Positions 16,077-25,160 of a DNA stretch of 64,000 bases are shown here, one piece after another. The DNA lies in assembly GCA_947304135.1 (NCBI GenBank), contig CAMYZZ010000001.1:24872-88871 (forward strand), read 5' to 3'. The notes beneath the pieces were generated by a model. The model was not told where the DNA came from and ran no database searches. It was given only the letters and a program-made list of their open reading frames with translations. This stretch comes from an uncultured Candidatus Saccharibacteria bacterium (GTDB lineage: Bacteria; Patescibacteriota; Saccharimonadia; Saccharimonadales; Saccharimonadaceae). Made by a program: the position numbers and the translations under genes. Position 1 is the stretch's first letter. Each line of letters begins with the position of its first letter.

Positions 16077-17555
16077 TTAGTTGGCTTGATCCTGCGGAAG
16101 GTCGGAGATTGGGATGCGGCCATAGGTATCTGTGCCGTTTGAGAGGAGTTGGTCGCCACCGCTGGCTTGGTCGTTTCCTGGTTGGTCGTTTTCTGGGGCT
16201 GGATTATCTGGCGAGTCTGGGCTTGGGCCGTCTTCTGGCTCTGGATCAGTGTCTCCGTAGGTCGTAATAGTATTCATTACGTTAATTGCCTCTATCACGG
16301 TTTCGTTGTTGATAGCAACTGAGTAGGTACCGTATTTGAGCGATGAGCTAGAGTAGATAATTGTGCGGAAACTATTGCCAGCGGTAACCTTGATGATTTC
16401 GTTACTTCCAGAATCTAGAATAGCAAGAGTAGATTTAGCATCATAGGCTTTGTCCAGCGTGATTACAAGCGTGTTCTGCTTGGAGCTGTCGCTTGGTTTC
16501 TCTAGCATATCTGAGCCTAGGGCGATTAGGGTACCACCATTGATAGTGTAGCCGGTCTCAGTGTCAATGCCGGCGTTACCGCCGTTGCTCGAACCTACGA
16601 CGTAGGTTGCGCCGCCGTTGATAATAAGATCCTTATTAGAGTCAATACCGTCACCATCAGCCTGAATGAAGATTTCGCCATCGTTAATAGTGATTGTACC
16701 GCCATCGCCGCCAGCATTGATACCATCATCAGTAGCAAAGACATTGATGACGCCACCATCTATGGTAATGTCATTGGATTTAGTAGTGATTCCCTCACCC
16801 TCGGCCTGTTTGCCGGTGACGTCAAGCTTGCCAGAATCGCCCTTGATAGTAAGAGCGCCGTCAGAATAAATACAGCCATCATAGTCGGAAGCTCCGCCGT
16901 CAGAGAGGATATTCTCTGTCCCGTCGGCAAGTTCAATAGTGAGAGCGTTTGGCGTAACATTGGCAATTGCAGCCATTTCAACAGCAGAGATAGTGGCATT
17001 ATTTAGATAGAGAGTAACCTCGCCGTTAGCATTGACGATGACTGAATGGTCTATAAGTTCACCTGTCAGCTCGTAGACGCCTGGCTCAGTGATTTCTAGG
17101 TTGGCAGACTGCTCTGTAAGATCAAAGCTATCTGTGAAATCTTTGTCCACTACTGCTGGACTTGGAGAAGGATTATTAGGGGTTTTATTATTGTTAGCAT
17201 TTGTAATCATGATAATTGCTACTACGGCGCAGACAACCAAAGCGGCCGCAATGATAATGAGAGCGATCATACGAGTGTTGACTGGAGGCTTAGGAGAGCG
17301 AACCGGAATGTCTGGCATAGGGTCGGAGTCTGGGATGGTTGAGGCTGGCTGGATTGGAGATGGCTGAGCCGGGAGTGGCTGAACTGGAGATATAGCTGGA
17401 GATGACTCTGGGACTGGTTGCGGTTCTGGAGTTAGCGCAGGAGCAGGCTCAGCGATTGGCTGTGGAGCAGGCTGCGGCGCCGGCGTTGGCGCTGGGTTAG
17501 TTGGCTCCGGGATGGGGTTTTGGTTTGGAGAAAAAGATTGGTTGTCGTTATTCAT
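16077..17555 (-). CDS. Second Cthe_2159/DUF4353 beta-helix protein with Pro-rich N-terminal cytoplasmic tail and one TM
   Basis: PGVYELTG, LYLNNATI, DGCIYS, DDGINA, DGIDSN, AGID repeats; ATG 6 nt after TGCTATAAT. Confidence 0.85.
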   Translation of the reverse strand: MNNDNQSFSPNQNPIPEPTNPAPTPAPQPAPQPIAEPAPALTPEPQPVPESSPAISPVQPLPAQPSPIQPASTIPDSDPMPDIPVRSPKPPVNTRMIALIIIAAALVVCAVVAIIMITNANNNKTPNNPSPSPAVVDKDFTDSFDLTEQSANLEITEPGVYELTGELIDHSVIVNANGEVTLYLNNATISAVEMAAIANVTPNALTIELADGTENILSDGGASDYDGCIYSDGALTIKGDSGKLDVTGKQAEGEGITTKSNDITIDGGVINVFATDDGINAGGDGGTITINDGEIFIQADGDGIDSNKDLIINGGATYVVGSSNGGNAGIDTETGYTINGGTLIALGSDMLEKPSDSSKQNTLVITLDKAYDAKSTLAILDSGSNEIIKVTAGNSFRTIIYSSSSLKYGTYSVAINNETVIEAINVMNTITTYGDTDPEPEDGPSPDSPDNPAPENDQPGNDQASGGDQLLSNGTDTYGRIPISDLPQDQAN

Positions 17556-17647
17556 AGATATATTATAGCATAAGCATTTTAGGAATAAAATCCGAGACCA
17601 AAAAACCGGCGCGAATTGCACCGGTTTAGAAATACTTGGTGAGGCAA

Positions 17648-18349
17648 TTATGCTAAGTTGGTGTGGACGGCGGTGACGTCGTCTAGGTCGTCAATTGCGT
17701 CTAGGAGTTTTTCGGCTTTTTCTAGATCGTCGCCGGCAAGCTCGACAGGAGTATTGGAAAGATATTTGAGCTCGGCGCTGGTAACATTTAGGCCGGCGTC
17801 AACTAGGGCCTGGCGAACTTTGGCAAGGTCGCTATCGGCGGTGATAATCTCGATGCCATCATCTTCTTCGGTGGCATCCTCAGCACCGGCATCTAGAGCA
17901 ATCATCATAGCATCGTCACCTTTGTCGGTGATAACAATCTCACCTTTGCGCTGGAACTGGAACATCACGCTGCCTGGATCTGCCATGCGGCCACCATTTT
18001 TGGTGAGGGCATTTCTGACTTCTGGCATGGTGCGATTCTTATTGTCGGTTGCGACTTCGATGATGATGCCGATGCCACCTGGGCCGTAGGCTTCGTAAAT
18101 CTCCTCGACAAGAGCCGCAGAAGACTTGTCTGCTGCACGAGCAATAGCGCGCTCAATGTTGGCTTTTGGCATGTTGGCATGACGAGCTTTTTCTAGAACC
18201 ATAGCGAGGCTAGGGTTCATGTTTGGGTCTGTGCCACCGCGAGCAGCAATCGCAATCTGATTGCCAATCTTAGTAAAGAGTGCGCCGCGTTTTGCATCGA
18301 CGACGGCTTTTTGACGCTTGGTGGTTGCCCATTTACTGTGTCCAGACAT
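17648..18349 (-). CDS. yebC: YebC/PmpR family protein
   Basis: MSGHSKWATTK, NMPKANIERAI, YEAYGPGG, TDNKNRT, DDLDDV. Confidence 0.95.
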   Translation of the reverse strand: MSGHSKWATTKRQKAVVDAKRGALFTKIGNQIAIAARGGTDPNMNPSLAMVLEKARHANMPKANIERAIARAADKSSAALVEEIYEAYGPGGIGIIIEVATDNKNRTMPEVRNALTKNGGRMADPGSVMFQFQRKGEIVITDKGDDAMMIALDAGAEDATEEDDGIEIITADSDLAKVRQALVDAGLNVTSAELKYLSNTPVELAGDDLEKAEKLLDAIDDLDDVTAVHTNLA

Positions 18350-18407
18350 ATAAATCCTCAAAAATTAATGATATAAAACTTGTAATGATTATAACATTTT
18401 TTGCTAA

Positions 18408-19289
18408 TTAAAACAAGCGGTTCTTCTGCTCTTCTTTTTTGCGAGAGATGAGGTAGGCTACGAGGCTGGCAGTAAAAATGCCGAGGCAGACGACCAGGAC
18501 AATGAGGCTGCCGGTCATGACATCTGCAGGGATGACGATGGCGCCAATAGCGGCAACTGGGATGGCGGTGGCGATTGGAGCGTCGGAGGTGACACCGAGA
18601 GGTTCGGCAAAGGCTTCTTCGCCAGAGGCGGACTCTGCGGGAGCCTGGTCTGACTCGGAGACGGCAACTGTCTCGTCTGACGAGGCAGGCTCAAAGGCGA
18701 TAGAATTATCACTAATGGCGATGCCGGTTTTGTCGCTGACAATTTTTGCAAGAAAGGCGACTTTGTCGGAAACTACGCCAGAAGCAGAAGGAGTAACAGA
18801 ATATCTAAAATAGACCGTATTGTCACTACTGCCGCCTGTGCCGAGGTATATTTCTGAGGAGAGCTTAAAACTATCTTCGTCTTCGCCAGGAGCAACAATG
18901 GCGACTGGTGTCCAAGAGTTAGAGGCGTCTGGATAGTAGGAATATTCTAGCGAACTTGAATCAAGCGGAAGAAAGCCTTTTAGCTCTCCATCGATATAGG
19001 AAGCAACGTGAGTAATAGAAGCGGGGTTGTTTGAATCTGTATTTGTGACTGATGTAGTATAGACGATATGATCGCCTGCTACTTTAGAGCTTGTCTGGCT
19101 AGAGAGAGTATTTGCCATGTCGTAATCTACCCAGGACGCAGGAATGCCGTTTTGATTGGCGATGGTAACATCATCGACTTCGGCCGATAAGTGGTTGACA
19201 GTATAGGCAGTAAAGCCAGCGAACGCAATAAAAATAGCTACCGCGATAATACAAATGGCTTTACCTGGTTTTTTTGACATGGCGCTCAT
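18408..19289 (-). CDS. Hypothetical membrane-anchored protein (N- and C-terminal TM, beta-rich middle)
   Basis: Hydrophobic ends, basic tail; ATG 6 nt after TAGAAT. Confidence 0.7.
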   Translation of the reverse strand: MSAMSKKPGKAICIIAVAIFIAFAGFTAYTVNHLSAEVDDVTIANQNGIPASWVDYDMANTLSSQTSSKVAGDHIVYTTSVTNTDSNNPASITHVASYIDGELKGFLPLDSSSLEYSYYPDASNSWTPVAIVAPGEDEDSFKLSSEIYLGTGGSSDNTVYFRYSVTPSASGVVSDKVAFLAKIVSDKTGIAISDNSIAFEPASSDETVAVSESDQAPAESASGEEAFAEPLGVTSDAPIATAIPVAAIGAIVIPADVMTGSLIVLVVCLGIFTASLVAYLISRKKEEQKNRLF

Positions 19290-19298
19290 GCTTTTATT

Positions 19299-20081
19299 CT
19301 ACTTGTTTTTGGACTTTTTAGCAAGAGAGGTTTTACCTTTGGATGTCTTAGCCCTGTCTTTGGATTTTAGGAATTTGAGCAACTCGTTTTGACGGAAGTA
19401 GAGGAAGGCAAAAATTAAGACAGAAACTACCGTAATGATAACGACGACAATTGGGTTGCCCTCACCGCTGAAGCCCATGCCGATATAGTTGTTGGAAACG
19501 ACTGCAGGAAGGCGGCCAAGAGCGAAGATTAAAATAAGTTTCTTTAGCGGGACGTCTGTAAGGCCGGCGACGTAGCAGACGATGTCGTCTGGCAGGCCAG
19601 GGATGATAAAAATCAAGAATAGAATCAGGCTGGCACGCTTGCCGATGACGAAGTCGAATTTTTCTAGAGATTCTTTTTTGACAAGTTTTTCGACGAGTTT
19701 GCGACCATAGCGGCGGGATAGCCAGAAGACGACAGCGGCGCCAAGTGTGGCACCGATTGTGGTCCAGAGCACGCCCAGCCAGCCAAAAAGGAAGCCGCCG
19801 ACAATACCGACGAGATTACTCGGAATTGGCGCGACAATTCCCTGCAAAGCTTGGAGTAGCATATAGACAACCGGGCCAAACGGACCGAGGCCTTGGACGA
19901 TACGGATTAGCTCGTCACGGTTAGAGAAAAGCTGCGTGAGAGGACCGCCAGCTGCAACATCCCAAATGATGTAGCCGATGATTAGAATGACAGCGAGAGT
20001 GCCGATGACAATCTCGGCCTGGGTCTTGCGGCTGAGGCCTTTTAGAGATTGCCTGATTTTGGACTGAGTTTTATTTGGCAT
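19299..20081 (-). CDS. TVP38/TMEM64 (DedA/SNARE-associated) membrane protein
   Basis: APIPSNLVGIVGGFLFG, GATLGA, IPGLPDDIVCYVAGL, GRLP. Confidence 0.9.
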   Translation of the reverse strand: MPNKTQSKIRQSLKGLSRKTQAEIVIGTLAVILIIGYIIWDVAAGGPLTQLFSNRDELIRIVQGLGPFGPVVYMLLQALQGIVAPIPSNLVGIVGGFLFGWLGVLWTTIGATLGAAVVFWLSRRYGRKLVEKLVKKESLEKFDFVIGKRASLILFLIFIIPGLPDDIVCYVAGLTDVPLKKLILIFALGRLPAVVSNNYIGMGFSGEGNPIVVVIITVVSVLIFAFLYFRQNELLKFLKSKDRAKTSKGKTSLAKKSKNK

Positions 20082-21588
20082 ATTCTACCGCGCGAGTCTC
20101 GCGAATGACATTAACTTTGATAACACCTGGATAGGACATGGTGGCTTCAATTTTGTTTGCAATGTCACGGGCGAGTTTGAGGGCGGTAAGATCGTCAATT
20201 TGTTTTGGTTCAACAATGACGCGGATTTCGCGACCGGCAGAAATGGCATAGGCCTTGTCGATGCCTGGAAAACTTGTGGCAATGTTTTCTAGGTCGCGCA
20301 TGCGCTCGGCAAAGTTCTCTGCGGAGATATTGCGGGCGCCCGGGCGAGCGGCAGACATAGCGTCACAAATCTTGACGATGATAGCTTCTGGAGTGGTTGG
20401 CTCGATGTCGTCGTGATGAGCGGCGATAGCATGGACAACCTCGTCTGGCATGCCATATTTTTTGGCGAGTTCAGCACCAATGTCTGCGTGTTTGCCTTCG
20501 ATTTTGTGAGTAACAGCTTTGCCCATATCGTGCATCAAGGCAGCAGTCTTGGCGATGCGTTTGTCGGCGCCGATTTCTTCGGCAATCATGCCAGCAACGT
20601 GAGCCATCTCGACAGAATGAAGAAGAACGTTTTGGCCATAGGAAGTGCGGAATTTGAGCTCGCCCAAAAGGTGGACTAACTCACGCGGGATACCAACAAG
20701 GCCAACCTCGCGAACGGCGTCTTCGCCGGCACGAACAACTTCTTTTTCGATTTCTTTTTCGCCTTTGGCGACGGCTTCTTCAATGCTGGAAGGGTTGATG
20801 CGGCCATCTTTCATGAGACGCTCCAAAGCGTAGCGAGCAACCTGGCGACGGATTGGATCAAAGGAAGACAAGACAACCATGCCTGGAGTATCGTCAACCA
20901 TGATATCAACACCAGTGGCACGTTGAAGAGCTTGAATATTGCGGCCTTCTTTGCCGATGATGCGACCTTTCATTTCGTCGTCTGGGAGTTTGAGGCTAGT
21001 GACGGTGCGGTCTGCGGTGACCTCGGAGCTCATGCGTTCCATAGCGGTCAAAAGAATAGACTGGGCAGTCTCGTCGATGTCATGTTTGATTTCTTTTTGC
21101 TCTTTGGCGACGAGATTGACGAGATCTTGTTTGATGTCGTTTTCGGTCATTTTCATGAGTTTGTCACGAGCGTCTTGTTTGGAGAGACCAGCGATTTTTT
21201 CGAGTTTCTCGTGCTGCTTGTCGCGGATACCGCGAATCTCGGATTTCAAATCTTCTAGCTCTTTTTCTTGCTTGACGAGTCGCTCAGATTTTTTCTCGAT
21301 TTGATCTAGCTTACTATCTAGAGTAACTTCGCGCTCAGCGAGACGGTTTTCTGTGCGTTTCCATTCGCGGCGACGCTCGGACTCTTCGTTCTTGGTCTTT
21401 TCGGCGATGTCAGCAGCTTCTTTGCGGGCCTTGGAAACGATGTCTTGGGCTTCGTTTTTGGCTTTTCGGACTAGATCCTCGGCGCGGTTTTTGCCACCGT
21501 TTTCGTTCTTTTTATTAACAACATAAAGCCCACCAACACCAGCCCCAAGACCGAGGATGGCGGCAATTATAATACCTGCTATTTCCAT
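20071..21588 (-). CDS. rny: Ribonuclease Y
   Basis: N-terminal TM, coiled coil, KH (GRIIGKEGRNI), HD (LMHDMGK), SAARPGAR, AISAGREIRV. Confidence 0.97.
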   Translation of the reverse strand: MEIAGIIIAAILGLGAGVGGLYVVNKKNENGGKNRAEDLVRKAKNEAQDIVSKARKEAADIAEKTKNEESERRREWKRTENRLAEREVTLDSKLDQIEKKSERLVKQEKELEDLKSEIRGIRDKQHEKLEKIAGLSKQDARDKLMKMTENDIKQDLVNLVAKEQKEIKHDIDETAQSILLTAMERMSSEVTADRTVTSLKLPDDEMKGRIIGKEGRNIQALQRATGVDIMVDDTPGMVVLSSFDPIRRQVARYALERLMKDGRINPSSIEEAVAKGEKEIEKEVVRAGEDAVREVGLVGIPRELVHLLGELKFRTSYGQNVLLHSVEMAHVAGMIAEEIGADKRIAKTAALMHDMGKAVTHKIEGKHADIGAELAKKYGMPDEVVHAIAAHHDDIEPTTPEAIIVKICDAMSAARPGARNISAENFAERMRDLENIATSFPGIDKAYAISAGREIRVIVEPKQIDDLTALKLARDIANKIEATMSYPGVIKVNVIRETRAVEYAK

Positions 21589-21704
21589 AGCTTACCTTTC
21601 TTTTTTGCCGATATTTTCCTGATATCAGCGGGTTAACATTAAATATAACAAAAAATTTATAGTTCCACTTTTTATTATACCACGCGGGGGGATTATTTTG
21701 TAGA

Positions 21705-22037
21705 CTATTTCTTTTGCTTGGTGATATTGGCTGGGCGACCGTAATCCGGCATAATAAGCTTGTGCTTTTCTCCGTTTTGATCGGCAATAGGAATATCTAA
21801 ATAGTCGGCGAGCGTATTAATAACGCTAGCGCCAATGCGTAGGCCGGTAAAGCTGCCTGGGCCGGACATAAACTCTAGCTCCGTGATATCGTCAAAGGTT
21901 TTGTTGTTTTCTGCTAATTTTTCTTTGATAAAACCGAGGAGCTTTTCGGCCATTTCGTGGCCAAGTTCAGACTCATAGACTTTGTCGTCTAGTTTTAAAA
22001 TACATTTGGAAGTTGAAGTATCTAGGGATAATTTCAT
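21705..22037 (-). CDS. tsaB: t6A biogenesis protein TsaB, short form (110 aa)
   Basis: LSLDTST, GPGSFTGLRIG; ends soon afterwards with PDYG. Confidence 0.85.
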   Translation of the reverse strand: MKLSLDTSTSKCILKLDDKVYESELGHEMAEKLLGFIKEKLAENNKTFDDITELEFMSGPGSFTGLRIGASVINTLADYLDIPIADQNGEKHKLIMPDYGRPANITKQKK

Positions 22038-22456
22038 AATGTGGTCTCCACGGTGCGAGTGCCATCTTCGTTTAAGGAAATAAAAATAGAAATATGATCT
22101 TCTGGAAGGATATTTTCTACAGTGTCAGCCCATTCTACGAGCGTGATAGTGTTTTCGTCGGCGATTGATTCGGCTAAATCTTCTGACATAATGCCTGGAT
22201 CTGGCAGGCGGTAAAAATCGTAGTGGGCAAGGTATTTTTCTTCGTTTTCGCGATTTAGAAAAGAATATCTTTTGACAATAGTGAAGCTTGGGGAGGTGAC
22301 TGGCTCTTTGACGCCAAGCCCCTCGGCAATACCGCGAGCTAAAGTAGTTTTGCCGGCACCAACATCACCAACAAGTTCTATTACTACAGAAGATTTGAGT
22401 CCGCGCCCAATATTTCTACCGTATTCTAGCATTTCTTTTTCGCTTGAAAAAATCAT
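22034..22456 (-). CDS. tsaE: t6A biogenesis ATPase TsaE
   Basis: GDVGAGKTT, VTSPSFTI, HYDFYRL, VEWAD. Confidence 0.95.
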   Translation of the reverse strand: MIFSSEKEMLEYGRNIGRGLKSSVVIELVGDVGAGKTTLARGIAEGLGVKEPVTSPSFTIVKRYSFLNRENEEKYLAHYDFYRLPDPGIMSEDLAESIADENTITLVEWADTVENILPEDHISIFISLNEDGTRTVETTL

Positions 22457-22477
22457 ATAATATATTATAGCATAAAT

Positions 22478-24106
22478 TTAGATGACACGGGAAACTTCTT
22501 CTAGGGAAGTCTCGCCTTTTAGGGCTAGGATGACACCCTTTTGTTCTAGGGTGAGCATGCCATTTTTGATGGCAACTTCTGTAATTGCATCAGTATTGAC
22601 GTCTTTGATATCTCCGCGAATGAAGGCCTGGATTTCGTCGTTAACGATGAGTTGCTCCATGATGACGGTGCGGCCACGATAGCCGAACGGATCACCCTCG
22701 GTTGGGACTGGTTCGTAAAGGGTGATATTGTCTAGATCTACGCCGTAGGTTTTTAGTTTTTCGGCTGGGATACTGTCTAGGACTTTGTGGATGTATTCCA
22801 GGGTTGCCTTGTCTGGCTGATAGGATTTTTTGCTGGAAGAGAGCTTGCGGACGAGGCGCTGGGCGATGACTAGGCGGATGGAGCTGGAGAAAATTGGATT
22901 GGTGCCAATCATGTCGATCATGCGAGAGAAGGCGGCCGGAGCGCTGCTGGCGTGGAAGGACGAAAGCACGAGATGGCCTGTGATAGAAGCCTGGATGGCG
23001 GTGCGAGCGGTGTCGGCGTCGCGAATTTCACCAACCATGACAACATCTGGATCGAGACGAAGGACCGAGCGTAAGCTGTCGGCAAAATTCTCGCCATGAG
23101 TTGTGTCGATGGAAATTTGGGAAATGCCAGCAATACCATATTCTATTGGGTCTTCTAGAGTGATGATTTTTCTTTCGGTGGAATTTAGGGCGTTCAAAAT
23201 TGAATAGAGCGTGGTGGATTTGCCCGAGCCGGTTGGACCAACCATGAGAACGAGGCCGTGTGGATGAGAGATGACGTTGTTGATTTCGGCGCGCTCGTCT
23301 TTTTCTAGGCCAAGCAGGTCCAAATTCATAAGGCTCTCGTCAAAATTAAATAGGCGGAGGACCGCATCTTGGCCGTAGAGAGTCGGGACGGTCTCTACGC
23401 GAATATTGAGGAGATGTGAACCGTTGTCGTCGTAAATGTCCGTTTGCATATGGCCGGATTGAGGAGTGGTGGCAGCAGTAGAAACGTTGGCGCGGCTAGA
23501 AAGTTCGCCCATGATAACACGGTAGCGCTCGCGAGAGACCGAGGCGACTGGGTGCAGGATACCATCCACACGCATGCGGATGCGGATGTCGTCGCGCTGA
23601 TTTTCTATGTGGATGTCGGAGGCACCGAGTTTGTCGGCTTGATTGATGAGATAGTCGAAAACCTTGTCACTTGGGACTTCTTCTAGGGTCTGCGAAACCG
23701 AGCCAAAAGTTTTGGAATCGCCCTCGTCTGCGATTTCGATATCGTCAAAATGGGCTTCTTTTGGTGGATCGTAGCGAAGCATGAAAGCCTTATAGGCGGA
23801 TTCAGAAATGAGGAAGAAATCGGCGCGCTCGCCACCATTTAGATATTGCTCGCGCATCTTGTCTACGGCGCTTTTTGGAGTGGCGCTAGTGACTAGGAAC
23901 TGATAGTGACTTTCTTCGGAACCTTTTTGGAGGGGGATGATTTGCTTTTCTTTCATTTCTTCGACAGTAAGAACGCCTTTGACTAGCGGAATGTCATTTT
24001 CGAAACGGCGAGTGTCAAGATATGGAAAACCAAGCACACGCGCGCGTTCGGCGGTGCCGCGCTCTTCGTTTGCACGACGCTTTCTCTGTACTTCTTGCTC
24101 GTCCAT
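22478..24106 (-). CDS. Type IV pilus/T2SS assembly ATPase (PilB/GspE family)
   Basis: ASDIHIE, RMRVDG, GPTGSGKSTT, ITLEDPIEY, LRLDPDVVMVGEIRD, GHLV. Confidence 0.92.
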   Translation of the reverse strand: MDEQEVQRKRRANEERGTAERARVLGFPYLDTRRFENDIPLVKGVLTVEEMKEKQIIPLQKGSEESHYQFLVTSATPKSAVDKMREQYLNGGERADFFLISESAYKAFMLRYDPPKEAHFDDIEIADEGDSKTFGSVSQTLEEVPSDKVFDYLINQADKLGASDIHIENQRDDIRIRMRVDGILHPVASVSRERYRVIMGELSSRANVSTAATTPQSGHMQTDIYDDNGSHLLNIRVETVPTLYGQDAVLRLFNFDESLMNLDLLGLEKDERAEINNVISHPHGLVLMVGPTGSGKSTTLYSILNALNSTERKIITLEDPIEYGIAGISQISIDTTHGENFADSLRSVLRLDPDVVMVGEIRDADTARTAIQASITGHLVLSSFHASSAPAAFSRMIDMIGTNPIFSSSIRLVIAQRLVRKLSSSKKSYQPDKATLEYIHKVLDSIPAEKLKTYGVDLDNITLYEPVPTEGDPFGYRGRTVIMEQLIVNDEIQAFIRGDIKDVNTDAITEVAIKNGMLTLEQKGVILALKGETSLEEVSRVI

Positions 24107-24135
24107 AAGTGGTAATGCCCTCTTTGTTCCTTTTT

Positions 24136-24153
24136 GTGATATAATTATAGCAC
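24136..24153. promoter_or_regulatory. Overlapping divergent -10 elements (GTGATATAATTATAGCAC)
   Basis: Near-palindrome giving TGnTATAAT on both strands, between the divergent PilB-like and TetR-like genes. Confidence 0.7.
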
Positions 24154-24174
24154 ATAAACTCGGAGGATGATATT

Positions 24175-24759
24175 ATGTATCATATCGTTACGGGGAGAAA
24201 AGAACGCTTGAAAAACCGACAGGATCCGCGGTATTTGGCAATTCACAAGAGATATTTGCAGGCCGTGGGGAAATCGATCTGTCGTGGGAAAATGTCCAGA
24301 ATGAAGATCAAAGAACTTTCAGATAGCGCACGCGTCTGGAAGTCTACTTTTTATGATCACTTTTTGCATATGGATGATGCAATAGACCAGTTTTGGCACG
24401 CAAAAGATGCTGAGCTAGTAAAGCTAAAACAAAGCCTCGGCAACAACAGTATTGAGAAAACTATTTCCAAGATTTTGTTTTTTATTTATCGTAATCGTGA
24501 TTATTACTACGTAGTAGTGAAGAAAGAAAACCCGGCTCCGCTCAAAGCAATTGTAGAAATATTTCGCGATAAAATCGAACGGAGCTGGAGCCACTACGAA
24601 AAAGATGTCATGCAAAGATGTATGCTGATTTTTTCGTGGGAATTTTCTGCAGCAATTTGCTATTGGGGCAAATATGAGAAGTTTAATTTTGACATGATTC
24701 CTAAAAAAGTTCGAGAGCTAGCAAGACTTTGTAGAAATGCTACGCAAAGATTAGTATAA
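24175..24759 (+). CDS. TetR/AcrR-like regulator
   Basis: HTH-like KIKELSDSARVWKSTFYDHF; SD GGAGG. Confidence 0.65.
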   Translation: MYHIVTGRKERLKNRQDPRYLAIHKRYLQAVGKSICRGKMSRMKIKELSDSARVWKSTFYDHFLHMDDAIDQFWHAKDAELVKLKQSLGNNSIEKTISKILFFIYRNRDYYYVVVKKENPAPLKAIVEIFRDKIERSWSHYEKDVMQRCMLIFSWEFSAAICYWGKYEKFNFDMIPKKVRELARLCRNATQRLV

Positions 24760-24776
24760 GTGTTATAATAATATAT

Positions 24777-25148
24777 ATGTTTGCCTTTGATTTAGCAAAG
24801 TGGTGGTATGCCAAAGGTTGGCATGTGTTTTTTGCGGATTTTAAAACCAAGCTGCGCGACACGACAGATACTTTTTCGATTGGCGAGCTGGTTCGGACAC
24901 TTTTTAAACCATATAAGCAAATCGGCACAGAAAGTAAGGCTGGAGAGCCGGGGCTAAATATTTTTCTCGATAAACTTATTTCTAGGATTGTTGGTATGGC
25001 ATCGAGGCTGGTTTTGATTGTGACGGGGCTCGTCGTGATTTTGGTTGAGGCTATCCTAGGAATTGTTATTACTGTAATTTGGCCGCTAGTTCCCTTGCTG
25101 CCGATTGCGGGGATTGCGCTGACAGTGATTGGGGTTAAGCTATGGTAG
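24777..25148 (+). CDS. Hypothetical membrane protein upstream of the Clp ATPase
   Basis: WWY..GW..F, LFKPYKQI, two C-terminal TM helices; leaderless-type start. Confidence 0.75.
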   Translation: MFAFDLAKWWYAKGWHVFFADFKTKLRDTTDTFSIGELVRTLFKPYKQIGTESKAGEPGLNIFLDKLISRIVGMASRLVLIVTGLVVILVEAILGIVITVIWPLVPLLPIAGIALTVIGVKLW

Positions 25149-25160
25149 AAAGGGTGTGCT

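Noticed and set aside
22034-22037. Recoded genetic code (UGA = Gly, as in Gracilibacteria/Absconditabacteria)
   Set aside because: TGA acts as a stop in ATGA overlaps (22034, 40784), and conserved proteins translate full-length in code 11.
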